The notes under the pieces were generated by a model that saw only the letters and a list, made by a program, of their open reading frames with translations, made no database searches and was not told the DNA's origin. This document shows, piece by piece, positions 56,352-64,000 of a DNA stretch of 64,000 nt (positions within the stretch are counted from its first letter, which is position 1; each line of letters begins with the position of its first letter). Position numbers and translations under genes: made by a program. Source of the DNA: Yuukianura sp. NJ FZ-2021 (lineage: Eukaryota); the NCBI GenBank assembly GCA_046563655.1, contig CM102286.1:3410001-3474000 (forward strand). The letters run 5' to 3'.

Positions 56352-57265
56352 ATGAACGTTTGTTCAAAAGTATTCGTACTTACCGCGCTTTTGTTGGGTA
56401 TCTATTTTACCACTACCTCGGGTGAGGATAACATATAGAATTTCTAATGTAATTGCTCTCAAATAATATATAATATTGAGTTTTTGACTTGAAAGTGTTA
56501 TAAATAACTAATAAATGTTTAAATTCTTATATTTATATGTTAATATAATTTCTTTTGGAGAAATTTTTATATATCGCAGGAGGAAATCCCTGGACACCCG
56601 AGCCTCGTAAGGATGACCCAGAATGGATGGAAATGCACGAAGCTTTTGTCAGAAACACTCGAGAAAATGCCAGTAATATTCATTGTGTCTTCATTGGCTC
56701 ATCAAGTATCGAGTACTGGGCGACTACCGGAAGAGACATTTGGGAAGCCAAGTACCTACAATTAGGCTGTGTCAACTACGGTATCGGGGGAGACAAAACG
56801 GAGAATATGCTATGGCGTGTGCAAAATGGCGAACTTGATGGACTCAATCCAAAAGTTATCGCAATTTACATCGGAACGAACAACATCAACACTGAAGCAA
56901 GCGTAGAAGACATCATTCGTGGAGTAAGCACGGTTTTAAATGAGGTTCGATTCAAGTTGCCGACAACACCTATTCTTCATATGGAAATTTTCCCGAGAGG
57001 AGGCGACGATATGGAAAACGCTTGGAATGAAATCATAGACGTCAATACGGAAATACATAAACTTAACGATGGTACAAAATTGGTTAGTTTTAGCATGTTC
57101 TGGGATCTGGCAGATGGATGGTACGATATTAAAGAGGAACTGTTTGCAAGTGACAACTTCCATCTCAATGAAGCCGGATATGCTCAGTGGGATTTGGCAT
57201 GGAATTCTACGTTTTGGAATTTATGGAACAACAACTTGAACAATTCATGTAAATTTGACCTCTGA
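56352..57265 (+). CDS. Secreted SGNH/GDSL hydrolase, PAF-acetylhydrolase-Ib-like, 251 aa
   Basis: Exons 56352-56421 (signal peptide) and 56580-57265. SGNH blocks FIGSSS, YGIGGDKT, IGTNN and DNFH. Confidence 0.88.
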
Positions 57266-57668
57266 ACGAATAAAAAAAACCTGATAAATTTCGGCTGGGT
57301 TGGAGAAAGTTTCTGGAGGGAAATCGGAATTTCTGGATCAATATTTTCATGCTCCAGTCACTTTCTCTGCATTTCTATATAGAACACAAACAGTTGTAAC
57401 TTTTACAAAATTTCAAAAACAAAAACAAAAAAATTCATGTGCCAAAAAAAAGTTTCGGTGGCCAAAATTTTGTAATACTGCAATTATCTTCAGGGCGATA
57501 ACAGCATTTATCCTGTGCCAAATTTGAGCCCAAACTCTAAAAACTCTTAACTTTTGCTTAAATTGTAAGTTTACGTGCTGTTGTATGCAAACTTGTAAAA
57601 GATCATGTTTTTGCTTAGTTTTATTCTGTTAAATACATTTAAATTATGATTTTCACAGAACTTGAAAA

Positions 57669-58148
57669 ATGGACAACACTTCAACTACTGCACAAAAGCA
57701 TACGAAAGCAAATTTTTTGAATTGCCCAGCATGCAACTGCGCTTTTTGGATGAAGAAACCGTTCGTTCTGATGCTGATTTTGTCTCTTCCGACATTGCTT
57801 CCAGGAACACTGCTACTTCCGTTCAATAACACTTTGTGTCCTGGTGGACCAATTGTATTAAGCCTCCTCATTGGTGGACTAACTCCAACGATGTTTCTAG
57901 TTATACTTTTGGCAAAGAAAATAGAAGTAGTGGCTCGTGGACCAAGAGAGTGGCATGGATGTATCCATTTTACAGTACTTGACTTTTGTATTATAGGTTT
58001 CAGTTTCCTATTAGTAATTTCTACATTTAGCTGGATAGTGGGCAATTCAGTGGTACTTGTACTTTGGGCTAAAACGGTGACATTCCATGACACTACGTCT
58101 CTACTGTATTCTGGATTTTATTCTCGTCTCTTCTGTAGCCGAGAATAA
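57669..58148 (+). CDS. Small 3-4 TM membrane protein, weakly TMEM272-like
   Basis: 159-aa ATG ORF after a splice acceptor. Hydrophobic segments with LCPGGPIVLSLLIGG and FSWIVGNSVV. Confidence 0.4.
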   Translation: MDNTSTTAQKHTKANFLNCPACNCAFWMKKPFVLMLILSLPTLLPGTLLLPFNNTLCPGGPIVLSLLIGGLTPTMFLVILLAKKIEVVARGPREWHGCIHFTVLDFCIIGFSFLLVISTFSWIVGNSVVLVLWAKTVTFHDTTSLLYSGFYSRLFCSRE

Positions 58149-58579
58149 AATCCGCTATTATGCTGAACGATTTTTGAAAAATCGTTTTTCAAATTTTTCT
58201 TTCTGGTTTTTGAGAAAACCGAATAATTTTATTCTTTAATTTAGCAGTTTTCAACTACTCAACATATGTATTATACCGGTTTTATTTTTGAAAGTTTTGG
58301 TTACCTAGTTTTAGTTCGACCGTGGCGGCAGAAATTAAACTTCCTGTGTGATTAATGTTGTTTTCGTATTCTAAACAACTCGTAATCACTTGTTGACACA
58401 AAGAGCGACAAATGTTATCAGCTTACGGATTGCAATGGTTTATATTACTCGAGCACAGTGTTGCGAATTTACACACCTATGAAAAATCTTTTTCAAAGGA
58501 GGCAAAGGAACAATTACAGAAAAAAAAGTGGACAATTATTTAGAAAATTCCCAAAAGGAAATTGTTTAGTTAAGTGAAA

Positions 58580-61288
58580 ATGAAGGTTATCGTTCTTGGC
58601 GTATTGTGTTTGGTTTTAATTCTATCAGTAATCGACGTAAACTCAAGAAATCGTAAGCCCTACCAAATTCGTGTAAATTTTTGGTTTTTCAAGAATCAGT
58701 TTGCAATTTTAATGTTTTTTGACAGTGCCAAATTTACCACTCAGGAGCAGAACCTATGCAAATTTTCGACCGCTTGTACGAAAAATTTACAAAAACCTCG
58801 ACAGTTCTTCTGGAACTGTAAGAACAGAGGATCAAGATTCATTAGTGGCAACTGCAGTAGAGTAATTTCTTGGAATTGAAATTAGAAGTAGACCGCTTAA
58901 CACTAATCATTTGTCAAAAAATTTTTGTTGTAGATATTTTGCTCAGCAGGCAAACGTTAGAAAGGAGGAAGTGTCTATTTCCAGTTTTCACACTTCCAAA
59001 CACAATGGCGTTACCCACTTTTACTTTCAGCAAAGCTTAAATGGAGTTCCAGTTGCAAATGGATTTGGCAATATGAATGTTCTGAAAAATGGCAAGGTTC
59101 ATTCAGTTGGAAGTTCCTTCTACAGCGGCCAGAGGCCGGCAGCAGGTATATACATAACATTTTTGGCCAAATTCAAAAATTTTCAAATTCATTCTTGTTT
59201 ATCCGATTTTTTTTAACTTAGACACAATTGAGCCAAAGTACAAGGCAAGAGAAGCTGTTTTGGCATTAGCTAACGCATTGCAAATTCAAACAAATTTTGA
59301 CTTTATGGAAGTTCCACCCCAAGTCGTTAGCTTTCTGCAGGAAAAAATTGTGAAAGGAGTGAGCTTTGCTTTGGGCGACATTTTTGCAGAATTAAACTAC
59401 TTGCAAACCCCAAATGGGTTGAAGCGTGTCTGGAAATTTAACGTGGATATGCCTGACAACTAGTACGCAAATTTTTTTGTCAACACCAAATATGTAGAAT
59501 TGCTAAAATTTTGAATTTTTCAGTTTCTTCACATGCGTAGATTCTGAAACGAACGAAGTTCTCTCTCTGATTGACTATGTGTCAGACGCAAGCTACAACG
59601 TTGTTCCGTTGGGTGTGAACGACCCAGCAGTGGGACCGTTAAGATTGGTTCAAAATCCTGAAAACCGTGAGGCTTCTCCGCGTGGTTGGCACAATTCTGG
59701 GCTTTTTGAAAATTTCAATGTTACGATTGGCAACAATGTGATTGCACAGGAAAATTTAGGTATGAAAAATTGTGAATCTGAGTACATGGAAATATTATGT
59801 TTATAGTTAAATTAATGCTAACTTTATTGGTCTAGATGGTGGCATTGAATATCACAGTAATTATCGACCTGACGGAGCGCATGCGTTCAAGAACCCGTTG
59901 TTTGACTTTCCACTTTACGCAAATCAGCATCCAACTGAATCCATAAATGCTTCAATAACACAACTCTTCTACATGAACAATGTGATCCACGACATTTTTT
60001 GCAAGTTAAAACTTTTTACACTAGGAATATTAGCATTAGCATCTAAATGTAAAATTTGCCTCCTTAAATAACTTTTTGCCATGCAGATCAGTACGGTTTT
60101 GACGAGGTAGCAGGAAACTTCCAAGAAAACAATTTCGGTCGAGGCGGAAACGGAAGTGACGCGGTCATTGCTCATGCGCAAGATGGAAGAGGCTACAACA
60201 ATGCTGATTTTAGAGTGATGCCGGATGGAATCAATGGACGCATGCGCATGTTCATGTGGATGTCGGATGACGGGTCTAAACTCACTGATGGAGTATTCGA
60301 TTCAGGAATTGTTGTAAGCAGAAGTACACCGTCGTAGTAGTTGCCAAATAGTATAGTTGGTGCTAAATTTGAATTTAAGTGTTATTTAGTTCTGAATGTT
60401 CTAAACAGATTCACGAATACTTGCATGGTATTTCTGGTCGGTTGACCGGAGGGAGACGGAATACTGCTTGCTTAAGTTCTGATGAAAGCGGAGGATTGGG
60501 CGAAGGGTGGGGAGACATTTTCGCAGGAATTCTTCAAATGAATCAAACTTCAACAAGGGAAACAAATTTTGAAATTGGAACGTATGCCAACTCGGGTCAA
60601 GGCATAAGGAGGTATCCGGTAAGCACAAAAGTATATGTTTAATAGAAATGGCGGTAAAATTTAAAATTTGCAATTTACTGTGTGTAGTACTCTACAAACA
60701 TGGACACAAATCCAGTTACGTACGGCTATATTAATCGACCAGCTTATGAAGGCGTCCATACCAAAGGTAAGCTTGTTACAAGTACCGGAGTGAATGTTTC
60801 CGTTTATTCATATAGACTAAAAATTTCGAAGTAAAAACTGAAATTCTTTGCTTCAAAAATTGACTTTGACTTTTTTATGGTCTGTAGGTGAAGTTTGGAC
60901 AGCCATTCTGTATGAAGTTTACTGGAACTTGGTAGACAAACATGGATTTCAAAGCGATTGGTATCAAACTAATCGTGAACGAACGCCATTGGGTGGAAAT
61001 ATTATTTTTACTCAGTTGATAATTGATGGAATGAAACTGCAACCTTGTGACCCAACATTCATTGATGCTCGAAATGCGATAATTTCCGCCGATGAAATCA
61101 ACAACAACGGAGACAATTGGCATGAACTTTGGGCAGGATTTGCAAAACGTGGTCTTGGACAAAATGCAAGTTCTCCAGGAATCGAAGACTTCGACGTTCC
61201 TGAGCGTCCAAGTGGAGCGTCATTGAACGTCGCAAACGCCCTCATCTTACTTTTTCTCCCTTGTGCTACTATATTCAATTTTTATTAA
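58580..61288 (+). CDS. Fungalysin (peptidase M36) extracellular metalloprotease, ~10 exons
   Basis: Signal peptide, FTP propeptide ([18 protein letters not shown]), [11 protein letters not shown], zinc site HEYLHG with GEGWGD, GIRRYPYS and [19 protein letters not shown]. The hydrophobic C-terminal tail is GPI-signal-like. One GC donor at 60001. Confidence 0.92.
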
Positions 61289-61669
61289 AACTGTATTCTG
61301 TTTTAATAATTTCATTATAACTCATAAATTTGCTAAATTTTAGGCCTCATTTTAGTAAATTTGTCTACAGCATATTTCTCATGAGCACCCCGAATAAATT
61401 TCTTCAGCACTTCCGGCGTTGCTCCTGCAGAAATTCATACAACTTCATTCATTGGCACTTGCTGTGGTGGACCAGATATATTATGTGGTGGTCCAGACTG
61501 ATAAGATTATACTGACGTTTACAAATTAGGCTGCCGGTTTTCTCAGCTCAAGTCTTTAGCAGAAATGCATGACAAAAATGTATTTTGAGTAAGCGTTGCC
61601 ACTAAATACAAATAGCTAAGTGCTAGATGCGACTACAAATCTAAAGCATTCCTTAATATCCCGTCAAAA

Positions 61670-63599
<1,930 letters not shown>

Positions 63600-64000
63600 C
63601 TGTATGAAAAACACAAAATCAAAATTTTGGATTTTCCCAAAATTTCTGAAACTAAAGCATAGCATCGCAAAAGTTTTCTGCAAAAGCAATTTCATCCAGA
63701 AATTCTGAACTTCATCCACCCGTAAAGAGTTCCCAATCGATTTCCCCATGTTACCAAGTCGTACGGAATATGTACTTACTTAGTGAATATAAGTGCGTTA
63801 TGCTCGAGTGAGGATTTGCCCAAATTTCATATACATTTTCGGTGCGTAAACTTATGTACACAAAATGCACTGAGAAAGGAGCGTGCATAAGAATGCCTTA
63901 CCGAATCGGTACATAAAATTTCTGCATATAAACAGCGCTGCTCTTGTATATACAATTCATTTACTTTTTGTACGCGAAATATCCACTAAAATGATAGCAT

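Noticed and set aside
57653..58093. 146-aa minus-strand ORF and other antisense ORFs overlapping the CYP, TPS, receptor, SGNH and M36 exons
   Set aside because: Shadow frames of coding sequence on the opposite strand, with no motifs.

Overview
AT-rich, intron-containing animal genomic DNA. The gene content and TATA + TCAGT promoters suggest a soil arthropod, probably a springtail (inference). The core is an apparent terpenoid/chemical-signalling neighbourhood. It holds two intact microbial-type class I terpene synthases (DDxxD, NSE/DTE and RY motifs, with one shared intron inside DDxxD), a third TPS pseudogene at the left edge, a CYP2-clan P450, two paralogous chemoreceptor-like multi-TM genes next to the TPS genes, and an ELOVL elongase. 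A 9.3-kb higher-order tandem array (5688-15014) contains about 27 subrepeats of ~143 bp, each copying the 3' end of exon 2 of the receptor-like gene plus its splice donor. The right part encodes two small secreted furin-processed peptides (one His-rich), two tandem copines, a secreted SGNH hydrolase, a fungalysin (M36) protease and a small TM protein. Also present are an orphan nAChR alpha fragment and many non-autonomous TEs (Harbinger-, hAT-, Tc1/mariner- and Helitron-like, a solo LTR, foldbacks). Gene models were spliced by eye; family calls come from motif recognition, not database searches.
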